DNA of 64,000 bases from an uncultured Desulfarculus sp. (lineage in GTDB: Bacteria > Desulfobacterota > Desulfarculia > Desulfarculales > Desulfarculaceae): assembly GCA_963665125.2 (NCBI GenBank), contig CAXXUK010000001.1, positions 352,001 through 416,000 on the forward strand. The letters run 5' to 3'. Below, in pieces: positions 30,925 through 40,440 of the stretch. The notes beneath the pieces were generated by a model. That model was not told where the DNA came from, did not search any database, and was given only the letters and a program-made list of their open reading frames with translations. Both the position numbers and the translations under genes were made by a program. Every line of letters begins with the position of its first letter. Position 1 is the stretch's first letter.

Positions 30925-31830
30925 TTAGGCCACCTCCGCCTGCAAATCGATGCCCGCGTCCGCAGCGCAGTCCATGATGTTTTGCACGTAGATCCCGGCC
31001 CAGGCGTTGTTTTCGCCTAGACCCTGCAATTGGCACTCAACCTCGAAACCCTCACCGGTCAGGATCGAACACCACGAGTCGTCCTCGTCTCCGGCCATGT
31101 CGTCCCTGGCGTGCACTCCGGCCACCACCATCAGAGGCTTCAACAACACCCTCCGGGCGCCCCATTCTCCCAGGCGCCCGGCAATGTAATTGGCGTCGAA
31201 CATGCCTTCCACCGCGCCGATTTCGATAATCACGTCCGGATGGCGTTCTTTGAGTATCTGCTGCATCTCGTGGTACACGCCGGTGCTGAAGACGTGGTTG
31301 CCGTGGCCCACGTAGACCAGGGCCGCGCCTTTGTCCCTGGCCGCCTGCACGTCTTGGTCCAAAGCATCCGCGGCCCGCTTGATGTCATCCATGTAGGGAT
31401 GCAGGACCCCCGGCGCGCCCAGGGCCGGACGGCCCAGGGCCACCTTGTTGAACGGCCGCCATTTGGTCTTGATCGTCTCTATGCCCGACAGGGCCGACAC
31501 GTATTTGCTCAGGTCGTGGTATTCCTCGCCCGCGTAGATATGCAGCGGTTGGACGATCTGGTTCTTGTATCCCCGGTCCTGCAAATCGGCCATGGTGGCC
31601 AGGGTGCCTTTGATGTTGCGCACGTAATCCGGCGTGTCCGGGTTGTCCTTGAGCCACTGGCCGTCGGCAAGCCGCTTTTGCCAGATGGAGCGGACGATGT
31701 TCGAGGTGAAGCAGACCTCCACCGGGCAGTCGAAAGCCCCTTGGACCTTTTGGACGATGTTGCTGATGCCGGCCAAGGCCTCGGGGATGCTGGCCCCGAA
31801 CGCGGCCAGGACGATGGCTGGCTTATCCAT
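30925..31830 (-). CDS. cbiK: Sirohydrochlorin cobaltochelatase (cytoplasmic type)
   Basis: VLAAFG, FTSNIVR, QPLHIYAGEEY, VGHG, AVEG, PLMVVAGVHARDDMAG..SW. Confidence 0.9.
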   Translation of the reverse strand: MDKPAIVLAAFGASIPEALAGISNIVQKVQGAFDCPVEVCFTSNIVRSIWQKRLADGQWLKDNPDTPDYVRNIKGTLATMADLQDRGYKNQIVQPLHIYAGEEYHDLSKYVSALSGIETIKTKWRPFNKVALGRPALGAPGVLHPYMDDIKRAADALDQDVQAARDKGAALVYVGHGNHVFSTGVYHEMQQILKERHPDVIIEIGAVEGMFDANYIAGRLGEWGARRVLLKPLMVVAGVHARDDMAGDEDDSWCSILTGEGFEVECQLQGLGENNAWAGIYVQNIMDCAADAGIDLQAEVA

Positions 31831-32611
31831 TTTCCACCTCCGTCAATTTGCCGTTGCCGTATTTGGCCAGATAGCCCCTGGGCGTGACCATGGCCCCCAT
31901 GTGCCGGAAGCTGTTGCTGTTGCCGATGATCATGATGCTGGCCATGTCCACCTCGGCGTTTTCCGCCGTGGACAGGGTATGGAGTTCGACGCTTTGTTCG
32001 GCCCGCATGGCCGCCCGGACAAGCCCCACCGGGGTCTTGGGCTCGCGGCTGCGGCCGATGATCTCCAGGGCCCGGCTGAGCTGCCAATCGCGGCCCTTGC
32101 TCCTGGGGTTGTACAGGGCGATGACAAAGTCGGCGTCTGCGGCGGCGTGCAGCCTTTTTTCGATGACCTCCCAGGGCGTCAGCCGGTCGCTTAGGCTGAT
32201 GCAGGCGAAATCATGGGAAAGCGGCGCGCCCAATAGCGCCCCGGCGGCGGCCACGGCCGGTACGCCCGGTACGGCCTCCACCTCCAGGCCTTCCGGGCCG
32301 GTCTGGATGCCTTTTTCGTGCAACAACTCGTAGACCACCGGGGCCATGGCGTAGATGCCCGCGTCGCCGCCGGATACCAGGGCCGTAACCGCGCCGTCCA
32401 GGGCTGATTGAATGGCCGCCCAGGCCCGGTCGATCTCTTTGGTCATGCCGCTGGCCAGGATCCGTTTGCCCTCCAGGAGTTCTTCGATGTGCCTTAAGTA
32501 TGTCTTGTACCCGGCCACCACGTCGGCCTCGGCCAGGGCCTGCCTGGCCCGGCCGGTCATGTGATCCAGGCCGCCGGGGCCCAGCCCCACTATGAAAAGT
32601 TTTGCGCTCAT
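31823..32611 (-). CDS. cbiH: Cobalt-precorrin-3 C17-methyltransferase
   Basis: VGLGPG, GYKTY, VSGGDAGIYAMA, HDFACISLSDRLTPW, LYNPRS, TPRGY. Confidence 0.93.
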   Translation of the reverse strand: MSAKLFIVGLGPGGLDHMTGRARQALAEADVVAGYKTYLRHIEELLEGKRILASGMTKEIDRAWAAIQSALDGAVTALVSGGDAGIYAMAPVVYELLHEKGIQTGPEGLEVEAVPGVPAVAAAGALLGAPLSHDFACISLSDRLTPWEVIEKRLHAAADADFVIALYNPRSKGRDWQLSRALEIIGRSREPKTPVGLVRAAMRAEQSVELHTLSTAENAEVDMASIMIIGNSNSFRHMGAMVTPRGYLAKYGNGKLTEVENG

Positions 32612-33657
32612 TTGATTGCTACCGCTGCTGTGGCGTTGATGCTTTTGGTTTTGGTCAGGATCAGTTTTCCGCCGCCGCTGGCCAGGATGGCCGCCGCCTC
32701 GCATACGCTGGGCGTGCCCAGACAGCGCAGGGCCGCTTCGGAGGGATTGGGCACCTTTACTTCGGCCAACTCGCCGTGGGCGTAAAACACCGGATCCACC
32801 TCCAGATGCCTGGCCACTTCCCGCAGGCCCGGTTCGTCGCGTTTGGCCTCGGCGCTGGCCAAGGCCTTTAGACTGCCCGGTGCCGCCCCGGCCTGGGCCA
32901 AAGCCAGATGGGCCAGGCGCAGCAGCTCGTCGGGCGCGGTGTTCTTGTTGCAGCCCATGCCCAGGGCCACGCAGCGGGGCCTGAGCACCAGCCAGGAGGC
33001 GGGAGCCGCGATTTTTTGCCAGCCCACCCAGACCAGGGGTTCGTCGGCCATACCTTTGGTCCTGTCGGAATCGACCAACTCAAACAGGTCCGGGTGCTCG
33101 CCAGTCACCGGCCCGAGCCAGCCGCTGGGGTCGCATACCGGCACCTTGCGGCCGTCCACCAGGGCTCCGCTGACCCCGGCTAGGGCCCCGAGATTTTCCA
33201 CGGCCATGCCCAGTCGTTTGGCTTCCATCTCCAGGCTGGGCAGGCCCAGGTTGTCGGTGGCCGTGGTTATTACGGCCTGGCCTTCCAGGGCTTCGGCTAC
33301 TTGTTGGGCCAGGTCGTTGGCCCCGCCCAAATGCCCCGACAACAGGCTCACGGCATAGCGGCCCTGTTGGTCCACCACCACCACGGCCGGGTCCTGGGCC
33401 TTGCTCACCAACAGCGGGGCCAGGCAGCGGATGACCATGCCCGCCGCACAGACCAGGACGTGGCCGGAATATTGGTTGAAATTGCGTTCCAGCACGTTGT
33501 GCAGCGAATCAAAGGCCTTTTCCCCGATCTCGTGCCGGGCGTGACGCGCGGGCAGAAACACCTGGGCGTTATCCAGGACAATGGCCAGGTTGCGGCAAAT
33601 CTCCGCTCCCGGCGCGCCCAGGGCGTACAGGGCCAGGTTTGGCGGTTGGCCGCTCAT
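32608..33657 (-). CDS. cbiG: Cobalt-precorrin-5A hydrolase
   Basis: DPAVVVVD, SLLSGHLGGAN, ITTATD, GMGC, K.DEPGL, SVCEAAA. Confidence 0.92.
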   Translation of the reverse strand: MSGQPPNLALYALGAPGAEICRNLAIVLDNAQVFLPARHARHEIGEKAFDSLHNVLERNFNQYSGHVLVCAAGMVIRCLAPLLVSKAQDPAVVVVDQQGRYAVSLLSGHLGGANDLAQQVAEALEGQAVITTATDNLGLPSLEMEAKRLGMAVENLGALAGVSGALVDGRKVPVCDPSGWLGPVTGEHPDLFELVDSDRTKGMADEPLVWVGWQKIAAPASWLVLRPRCVALGMGCNKNTAPDELLRLAHLALAQAGAAPGSLKALASAEAKRDEPGLREVARHLEVDPVFYAHGELAEVKVPNPSEAALRCLGTPSVCEAAAILASGGGKLILTKTKSINATAAVAIK

Positions 33658-34448
33658 TATTCCTGCCCCTTGCGCCAGCCGTGGCTGAAGGCCCCGTCGT
33701 AGAGTTTGGATTTACTGCCGCCGCTGTAGCCACCCTGCAGGGCCGCCACGGCCGGTCCGGCCAATATCAGGGCCTGCCTGCCGATGCCCGCGTCCGCCAG
33801 ATCTGTGTTAAGGCCGCCCGCCGTGGACCATATGATCTTTTCGTCGGGCCAACTCGCCCGCTGCACCACGGCGATGGGGCTGCCGGGCCCATAGGCCTTG
33901 GACAGGGTCTGGGCCACCTCTTCACTCAGCGCCGCCGAAAGATATATGGCGATGCTGCAACCATGGGCGGCCATGGAGGCCAGATTCTCGGCCTCGGGCA
34001 TGGGCGTGCGCCCGCCGGCCCTGGTGAAGATCAGGCTCTGACATGATTCCGGCAGGGTGTAGCTCAGGCCCAGGGCGGCGGCGGCGGCAAAGGCGGCCGT
34101 CACGCCGGGGATTATCCGCCAGGGTATGCCCAAATCGGCCAGGGCGGCCAGTTGCTCGGGCAGAGCGCCATAGAGGCTGATGTCGCCGGTCTGCAAACGC
34201 ACGACCTTTTTGCCTTGGCCGTGGGCCTGGGCCATGGCCTCGGTTATTTGGTCGAGGTCCAACCCGGCGCTGCTGATGGTTTCGCATTGGGGGCGGCACC
34301 AGGTGAGCATCTCCCGGCTGACCAGGGAACCGGCGTAGACCACCAGGTCGGCCTTTTCCAGGGCGTTTTTACCGGCCACGGTGACCAGATCGGGATCACC
34401 CGGCCCGGCGCCCACGAAAATCACCGGGTTGTCGGTTTGTTTATTCAT
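33657..34448 (-). CDS. cbiF: Cobalt-precorrin-4 C11-methyltransferase
   Basis: FVGAGPGDPDL, YAGSLV, RLQTGD.SLYGA..EQ, SKLYD..FSH. Confidence 0.93.
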   Translation of the reverse strand: MNKQTDNPVIFVGAGPGDPDLVTVAGKNALEKADLVVYAGSLVSREMLTWCRPQCETISSAGLDLDQITEAMAQAHGQGKKVVRLQTGDISLYGALPEQLAALADLGIPWRIIPGVTAAFAAAAALGLSYTLPESCQSLIFTRAGGRTPMPEAENLASMAAHGCSIAIYLSAALSEEVAQTLSKAYGPGSPIAVVQRASWPDEKIIWSTAGGLNTDLADAGIGRQALILAGPAVAALQGGYSGGSKSKLYDGAFSHGWRKGQE

Positions 34449-35673
34449 TGTGTTTATCTCCTGGCGCCTTTTTGCCTCTGACCAGCCAAACCGGGTTTAA
34501 GGCACCCATCATGGTTTGGCCCGCCACCGGAACGCCGCGGCTTACCTGTAATAGCGTTTCGTCCACGGCCAGACCGGCTTCGGCCAGGGCCGTTCGTGCG
34601 GCCTCCAGGCTTTGCAGCAGCACGGCGCTGACCACGATGACCCCGCCCGGCGAAAGGACCTCGGCCGAGGCCCGTATAATGGCGGCCAGGTCCTTGCCTC
34701 CGCCGCCGATGAATACCCGGTCCGGCAAAGGCAGTTCCGCCAGCGCCTCGGGCGCCGCGCCTTGGACGACCTCCAGCAGGCCTACGCCGAAGCGGGCCCG
34801 GTTGGCCTTGATCATCTCTACACGGCCGGGGTTTTGCTCCACGGCCACCACCTGGCCGCCGGGCAGGAGCAGACTGGCCTCCAGGCCCAGGGAGCCGCTG
34901 CCCGCCCCGAGGTCCCACAGGGTCAGGTCCGGCCCCAGCTCCAGCCTGGCCAGGGCCACGGCACGCACCTCGGCCTTGGTGATCAAGCTGTTTTCGTGCT
35001 CATAGGCCTCCTCGGGCATGCCCAGGTGCAGTCTGGCGGGGTGCCCGACGCGCTCCAGCAGGATCACGCTCAGGGCTGAGAAATCCATGTCCGCCGCCTT
35101 GCCGGGCTCGTACAGGCCGATGCGTTCACTGGCCGAGCCCAAATCCTCCAACACGTGCATGCGCCAGCCGCCCAGACCCCGGTGGTTGAGGATCGCGGCA
35201 ATGTCGGCGGGGCCCATGCCGGGCCGGGTGTACACGCTGACCAGGTCGTGGAAGGCCATGGCCCGCCATAGGGAGCCCAGGGCGTTTTCGGCTGTAGCGT
35301 GCAGGGAGACATGGGCCGCCCGGCCCCATTGCAGGCCCAATTGGGCGCAGGCCGCCTGCATGGCGCTGATGTTGGGTGCCACAACCACGTTGTCCCGGCC
35401 CAGTCGTTTGATCACGGACCCGGCCACTCCGAAAAAGCTAGGATCGCCCGAGGCCAGAACCACGACGTGTTGCGTCTCGGCGGCCCCGGCCACGGCGTCA
35501 AGCCAGGCCCCCATGCCGCCGGACAGCTCCAGGCTCTCGGCCTTGTGACCTTTAAACCAATCCAGCAAGCGCCGCCCCCCGGCCAGGACCTGGGACTTGG
35601 CGATGATTTCGGCCATGGACGGAGTAAGGTCTTCCGGGCCCAGACCCAGGCCTATGACATGCACCGGCAACAT
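34441..35673 (-). CDS. cbiET: Fused precorrin-6B C5,15-methyltransferase (decarboxylating)
   Basis: LASGDPSFFG, VSLH, LITKAEVR, WDLGAGSGS, DRVFIGG. Confidence 0.9.
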   Translation of the reverse strand: MLPVHVIGLGLGPEDLTPSMAEIIAKSQVLAGGRRLLDWFKGHKAESLELSGGMGAWLDAVAGAAETQHVVVLASGDPSFFGVAGSVIKRLGRDNVVVAPNISAMQAACAQLGLQWGRAAHVSLHATAENALGSLWRAMAFHDLVSVYTRPGMGPADIAAILNHRGLGGWRMHVLEDLGSASERIGLYEPGKAADMDFSALSVILLERVGHPARLHLGMPEEAYEHENSLITKAEVRAVALARLELGPDLTLWDLGAGSGSLGLEASLLLPGGQVVAVEQNPGRVEMIKANRARFGVGLLEVVQGAAPEALAELPLPDRVFIGGGGKDLAAIIRASAEVLSPGGVIVVSAVLLQSLEAARTALAEAGLAVDETLLQVSRGVPVAGQTMMGALNPVWLVRGKKAPGDKHNE

Positions 35674-36782
35674 TAGGCCCGCCCCTCCTGTCTGCCCCGG
35701 AACAGCACGGCGCCGTCGTAGTCTATGATTACGGCCCATAAATCGGGCTTTGGTCCGGCGAATTTGCGGGCCGAAGGCAGCATGCGCCTGCCCACCTCTC
35801 CCACGAACTCCAGGCGGCCCGCCTTGCGCAGGATGTCCAGGGCCTGACGGGCCGTATTGGCCCCGGCTATTTCCGCCGCCGTAGTCTCATCAAGGCCCGC
35901 CGGGCCCAGCCATCCGGCCAGCATGGGCAAATCCATGGCCGCCTTGTGGGCGTGGGTGTATTCCAGACCGGCGGCCTGTTTGACGGCCTTGCCGAAAAAC
36001 GAGACCAGGCCGATGCGTTGCATGCCAGCCACTGCGCAGGCCCCCAGGGCGTAGCCGAAGAAGTCGGCAATCTGCACAAAAGCCGTTTCCGGAAGGTCCG
36101 GCCGCAGGGTCATGGCCCGTTTTTCGCTTTTGCCGCCGGTGGTCAACACCGCTTCGATGACACCCTCGGCCCTGGCCACGGACAGACCCATGTCTATGGT
36201 TTCGGTGTAGGCCTCGTGGCTGAACGGCTTGACCAGGCCGGTAGTGCCCAGGATGGATATGCCCCCCAGCACGCCCAGTCGGGGATTGAGGGTGCGTTTG
36301 GCCAGTTCCTCGCCTTTTTGCACGCTGATCGTCACCGTGACGCAGTATTGTTTGTCCGGCGCGGCCCAGGCCAGGGCCTGGCGCACGGCCTTGGCGATCA
36401 TCTGCCGGGGCGTGGGGTTGATGGCCGGGTTTCCCGGCTCCACGGGCAGGCCGGGTTTAGTCACCTGGCCCACGCCTTCGCCGCCCAGAATTTCCAGGCT
36501 TCCGCTGCCGTTTCGCGATACGCTGATCTCCACTTCTGCGGCGATCCGGGCCCGGTTGGTCACGTCGGGGTCGTCTCCGGCGTCCTTGATCACTTCGGCC
36601 TTGCAGGGCCTGTTTGCCTGGCGGATCACCAGGGCCACCGGCACCTCGATACTGCCGCCGTCAGGCAGGCTGACGTCCACGCAGTCGAACTCCAGGCCAA
36701 AGGCGGACATCACCGCTGCCTTGGCCGCCGCGGCGGCGGCCGTACCGGTGGTGAATCCGCTTCTGAGCCTGCGCCTGGCCAT
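35673..36782 (-). CDS. cbiD: Cobalt-precorrin-5B C1-methyltransferase
   Basis: GFTTGT, KDAGDDPDVT, GVG.VTKPGL, AINPTPR, TLNPRLGVLGGISILGTTG. Confidence 0.95.
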   Translation of the reverse strand: MARRRLRSGFTTGTAAAAAAKAAVMSAFGLEFDCVDVSLPDGGSIEVPVALVIRQANRPCKAEVIKDAGDDPDVTNRARIAAEVEISVSRNGSGSLEILGGEGVGQVTKPGLPVEPGNPAINPTPRQMIAKAVRQALAWAAPDKQYCVTVTISVQKGEELAKRTLNPRLGVLGGISILGTTGLVKPFSHEAYTETIDMGLSVARAEGVIEAVLTTGGKSEKRAMTLRPDLPETAFVQIADFFGYALGACAVAGMQRIGLVSFFGKAVKQAAGLEYTHAHKAAMDLPMLAGWLGPAGLDETTAAEIAGANTARQALDILRKAGRLEFVGEVGRRMLPSARKFAGPKPDLWAVIIDYDGAVLFRGRQEGRA

Positions 36783-36785
36783 TGG

Positions 36786-37517
36786 CTACGCCTCCCGGCC
36801 TTTTTGCCGTTTGACCACGCAAAGGGTCAGGTAGGGCATCTTCTGGCCCTTGATGGACGTGGCGTCGGGCGTAACACGCTCATCGGGCAGGCCGATCTGG
36901 GAGACCGCCGAGATGGTGCAGGTCCTGGGTAGGCTTTCCACGGTCTCGACGATGTCGTCAAATTGGCGGTAGGCTTTCATGATCACGATATTTTCGCTGA
37001 AATCGGACAGCCTCCTTATTGCCTCGGGATCGCCCACGCCGCTGACCACCACCAGCGATTCGTTGCTTTCCACCAGGGGCTTGTTCAGCCTGGCGGCGGC
37101 GGCGTGATAGGCGGTGATGCCCGGCACGGTCACGGCTTTGGCCCGGCAGCCGGCCTTGGCCAGGGTCTCCAGGAGATAGCCGTAGGTGCTGTAGGTAAGC
37201 GGGTCGCCAATGGTGATGAACGCCGCGTCCAGCCCCTGGACCAGCACCCCGCGCACGGCCTCGGCGTTTTCCTGCCAGGCCCTTTGCAAAACGGCGTCGT
37301 CGTTGGTCATGGGGAAGGGCAGCTTGACTACCTTTGTCGTTTCCGGGATCATTTTTTCGGCGGTGTTAAGGGCCAGGCTGTAGCCGTTTTTTGGAGAGCT
37401 GGCCGCGAAAACCACGTCAACGCTTTTGAGCACGTTGACGGCTTTTATGGTCAATAGTTCCGGGTCGCCGGGACCCACGCCGACACCGTAGAGGGTGCCG
37501 ATGGTTTGGTCATTCAT
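36786..37517 (-). CDS. cbiL: Cobalt-precorrin-2 C20-methyltransferase
   Basis: GVGVGPGDPELLT, FPMT, TIGDPLTYST, VPGIT, VIMK. Confidence 0.92.
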   Translation of the reverse strand: MNDQTIGTLYGVGVGPGDPELLTIKAVNVLKSVDVVFAASSPKNGYSLALNTAEKMIPETTKVVKLPFPMTNDDAVLQRAWQENAEAVRGVLVQGLDAAFITIGDPLTYSTYGYLLETLAKAGCRAKAVTVPGITAYHAAAARLNKPLVESNESLVVVSGVGDPEAIRRLSDFSENIVIMKAYRQFDDIVETVESLPRTCTISAVSQIGLPDERVTPDATSIKGQKMPYLTLCVVKRQKGREA

Positions 37518-38158
37518 TGTTGGTTCTCCGTGGCCATGATGGCCATGGCGTTGATGACGCTGGCCGCCACTGCGGAGCCGCCCTTGCGGCCCCTGGCGGT
37601 GATGAACGGTAGATCGGCGGCCTCGGCCAGACATTGCTTGGCCTCGGCGGCATTGACAAACCCCACCGGCAGGCCCACCACCAGGCCCGGTTTGGCCCGG
37701 CCCGCCATGGCGTGCTCCAACAGGCGCAGCAGGGCGGTGGGGGCGTTGCCGATCACGAACACGGCCTCGGGATTTGTTTCCACGGCCAGGTCCACGGCGG
37801 CAACGGACCTGGTTGTGGCTCCGGCCGTGGCTCTGGCGATGGTCTGGCCCCGGCTGATCAGGCAGCGCACATCCACGCCCAGGGGGTCCATACGCCAGGG
37901 GGATATGCCCATTTTGGCCATCTGGGTGTCGGTGAAGATGGTGCAGCCACTCTTCAATGAATCAATGCCTTTTTCTATGGCCCCGTTGCTGAATATGGTG
38001 ATGCCGGCCCAGTCGAAATCGGCCGTGGTGTGGATCATCCGGCGGACGATGGACCATTGCCGCAGGGAATATCCGTGCTCGCCCGTTTCGGAGTCGATAA
38101 TGGCCAGGCTGCGGGCTTCAATGTCCTCGGGCCTCAGGTTCCAGGCTTTTTGCTCCAT
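37514..38158 (-). CDS. cbiC: Cobalt-precorrin-8 methylmutase
   Basis: IEARSLAII, RMIHTTAD, TRS, IGNAPTAL, GLPVGFV, GRKGGS. Confidence 0.94.
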   Translation of the reverse strand: MEQKAWNLRPEDIEARSLAIIDSETGEHGYSLRQWSIVRRMIHTTADFDWAGITIFSNGAIEKGIDSLKSGCTIFTDTQMAKMGISPWRMDPLGVDVRCLISRGQTIARATAGATTRSVAAVDLAVETNPEAVFVIGNAPTALLRLLEHAMAGRAKPGLVVGLPVGFVNAAEAKQCLAEAADLPFITARGRKGGSAVAASVINAMAIMATENQQ

Positions 38159-39531
38159 CAGTTCGTCCCCCGGCAAAAGTTGACAAAGTTTTCGGCCAAT
38201 AGAGGATTGCTGCCGAAATGGAAATGCATGTAACTGGCCACGGTGTTGGCCACCCGGAAACCGGCTGGGCCAAAGGGCAGGCTCTTGCGGCCGGTGAGAT
38301 CAAGTACGCCGGTCTCGGCGCCGCCATGGTCGCAGATGATCTCCGAATAATGAAATTCATGGCCCCTGGCCGTGGCGCCCTTGGGGCCCAGAGGCGTGTC
38401 CGTGGCAAAGGCCGCACGGCGGTATCCCAATTTGCGCAACTTGTTGTTCATGCCCGTGTCAATGGGCAGTACGCCGCACAGAGGCCACTTGCGGCCCTCC
38501 AGGTCTTCGATGGTGCGGCCCAGGTAGATCATGCCGCCGCATTCGCCCAGGATGGGCAGGCCGCCTTGGGCCATCTTTTTGATCTCCAGGAGCATGGCCG
38601 TGTTTTGGGCCAACCGGTCGGCGAACAGCTCGGGATAGCCCCCGCCCAGGTAGAGGCCGTGCAAACCGGCGGGCGGGGCGCTGTCACGCAGGGGCGAAAA
38701 GAAAACCAGTTCAGCCCCGGCCTGGCGCAAGCGGCGCAGGTTTTCCTGGTAGTAAAAGCAAAAGGCCTCGTCCCTGGCCACGCCGATGCGCACCTCGGCG
38801 GCCTGGGGAGGATCATCGGCCACGGCCGATAATTGGATTTCGGGCAGCCCGGCGATCAGTCCGTCAAGGTCCAGGCCCTCTTCTGCCAGGTCTGCCAGAC
38901 GCTCCAGGGTTTGGCTGCCCAGGCCGCCTTCCTCGGCGGTGATCAGTCCCAGATGCCGCTCGGGCATGGAAAGGCCGCCGTCGCGTAAAAGCCCTCCCAG
39001 GAAAGGCATGTCGCCGGGCCTGGTCATGGATTGGCCCAGCAGGTTGATGTGCATCTGGCTGCCGCATTTGTTGGCGATGACTCCGGCCCAGGCAAGGTCC
39101 GGGTCAAAGCCCTTGAATCCGGCGGCCATGGCGGCGATGCTGCGGGCCATGCCCTTGGCGTTGATCACCAGAGCCGCTGGTATGCCCAAAAGCTTGGCCA
39201 AATGGGCCGAGGAGCCGGTTTCGTCATGGGCGGAAAAGCCGTCAAAGATGCCCATGACGCCTTCGACGATAGCGATGTCGGCGTCGGCGGCGTAGCGGCA
39301 GAAAATGGCCCGGTTTTCCTCCGGGTCGAGCATCCAGGTGTCTAGATTGTGCGAAAGCCGCCCGCAGGCGGTGAAGTGGTGGCCGGGGTCGATGAAATCG
39401 GGGCCGGTCTTGAACGGCTGGACGGCCAGGCCCCTGCGGTGCAGCGCAGCCAGCAGGGCCAGCGTAACGGTGGTCTTGCCCCCTCCGCTGCCGGTGGCCC
39501 CGATGCTCAGCGCCTTGATGCGTTTACTCAA
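38158..39531 (-). CDS. cbiA: Cobyrinate a,c-diamide synthase (TTG start)
   Basis: SGGGKTT, FKTGPDFIDP, EGVMG, ERHLGL, AFCFYY, GGGYPE, ECGG, GHEFH. Confidence 0.93.
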   Translation of the reverse strand: MSKRIKALSIGATGSGGGKTTVTLALLAALHRRGLAVQPFKTGPDFIDPGHHFTACGRLSHNLDTWMLDPEENRAIFCRYAADADIAIVEGVMGIFDGFSAHDETGSSAHLAKLLGIPAALVINAKGMARSIAAMAAGFKGFDPDLAWAGVIANKCGSQMHINLLGQSMTRPGDMPFLGGLLRDGGLSMPERHLGLITAEEGGLGSQTLERLADLAEEGLDLDGLIAGLPEIQLSAVADDPPQAAEVRIGVARDEAFCFYYQENLRRLRQAGAELVFFSPLRDSAPPAGLHGLYLGGGYPELFADRLAQNTAMLLEIKKMAQGGLPILGECGGMIYLGRTIEDLEGRKWPLCGVLPIDTGMNNKLRKLGYRRAAFATDTPLGPKGATARGHEFHYSEIICDHGGAETGVLDLTGRKSLPFGPAGFRVANTVASYMHFHFGSNPLLAENFVNFCRGTN

Positions 39532-39534
39532 AAC

Positions 39535-39564
39535 AAAAAACCCCCGGTCCAAAAGAACCGAGGG
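39535..39564 (-). terminator. Attenuator hairpin of riboswitch 3, overlapping the probable cbiA ribosome site
   Basis: Minus strand CCCTCGGTTC-tttt-GGACCGGGGG-TTTTTT, just before the TTG start. Confidence 0.7.
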
Positions 39565-39636
39565 ACTGCACCCAGCTTACTTGACCCCTAGGTCGGCCTC
39601 CAATACGCATAACCCGGCGCGGACAGCCTTTTTTAA

Positions 39637-39802
39637 GGAGCAGGCAGGTCTTCTGACTCCCGGATCATCCTATTTGCCGCGCCTTCCCATTGGTTGACAC
39701 CAACAGTGGCTTGGTTGCGGCTTTCGTCCCCGGTTACAGCGGCGGGACCGCGCCGGATTTTCACCGGCTTCCCTCTGGGCCATTTTTCAGGCACCTGTTC
39801 CC
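39637..39802 (-). ncRNA. Cobalamin riboswitch 3
   Basis: Minus strand AGGTGCC..AGAGGGAAGCCGGTGAAAATCCGGCGCGGTCCCGCCGCTGTAA...GCCACTG...GGGAAGG...GAGTCAGAAGACCTGCC; TATAAT at 39810-39815. Confidence 0.95.
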
Positions 39803-39977
39803 AATTCAGATTATACAGAGCCCTTACCAACAAAGAGATGAACTGTCAATATCATTGGAAGGCGCAGCCAACAAATAGCGGCCAAGGGCCTTAAGGAAAC
39901 GTATCGTTCTTTTGGAACACTGGCCTTCGCCGGGAAAAAGGCGGGCCCCGGCGCCTGGATATGACAATTGATTACGC

Positions 39978-40010
39978 AAAGCGGGCCGCCGGGTGAGCGC
40001 GGCCCGCTTT
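39978..40010. terminator. Terminator hairpin
   Basis: AAAGCGGGCCGC-cgggtgagc-GCGGCCCGCTTT. Confidence 0.65.
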
Positions 40011-40038
40011 CGATTGCTTGATGGGAAAGATGGAAATG

Positions 40039-40275
40039 CTATTTTTGCTGCTGGGCCTTTACCTCGGCCACCTCATCCTGATTAACGGTAATGGCGTTGC
40101 CGTCCATATCCTTGAAATCGTAGGTCTTGGTGTCTTTGTTGAGTTCGGGCTTTTCCATGGTGGTGTAGGATTTGCCGGCGTTGGTGGTCAGGGTGTAAAG
40201 CGTGGCTCCGCCGCCGCACCCCATGGCCAGAACCAGGCTCAAGCAAATCGCCATGGCCAATGCTTTGATTTTCAT
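40039..40275 (-). CDS. YgdI/YgdR (DUF903)-like small lipoprotein
   Basis: Lipobox LAMGC; Y.LTT..G....T..KP....T..Y.FKD.DG....VN.DEV. Confidence 0.75.
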   Translation of the reverse strand: MKIKALAMAICLSLVLAMGCGGGATLYTLTTNAGKSYTTMEKPELNKDTKTYDFKDMDGNAITVNQDEVAEVKAQQQK

Positions 40276-40440
40276 AATTCACCCCTGTGTGTGACAGATA
40301 TGGTTGAGGAATAACCAGGGGGCTTTGCCCCGCATTATTTCGATCAGGTTACAACAACCATGAACACAGGGCCAAGCACTTTCATCAGGCCTTTGACGGA
40401 ACATGCCTGAACCATGCCGGTATTTGCCAGTCGCCAAACA

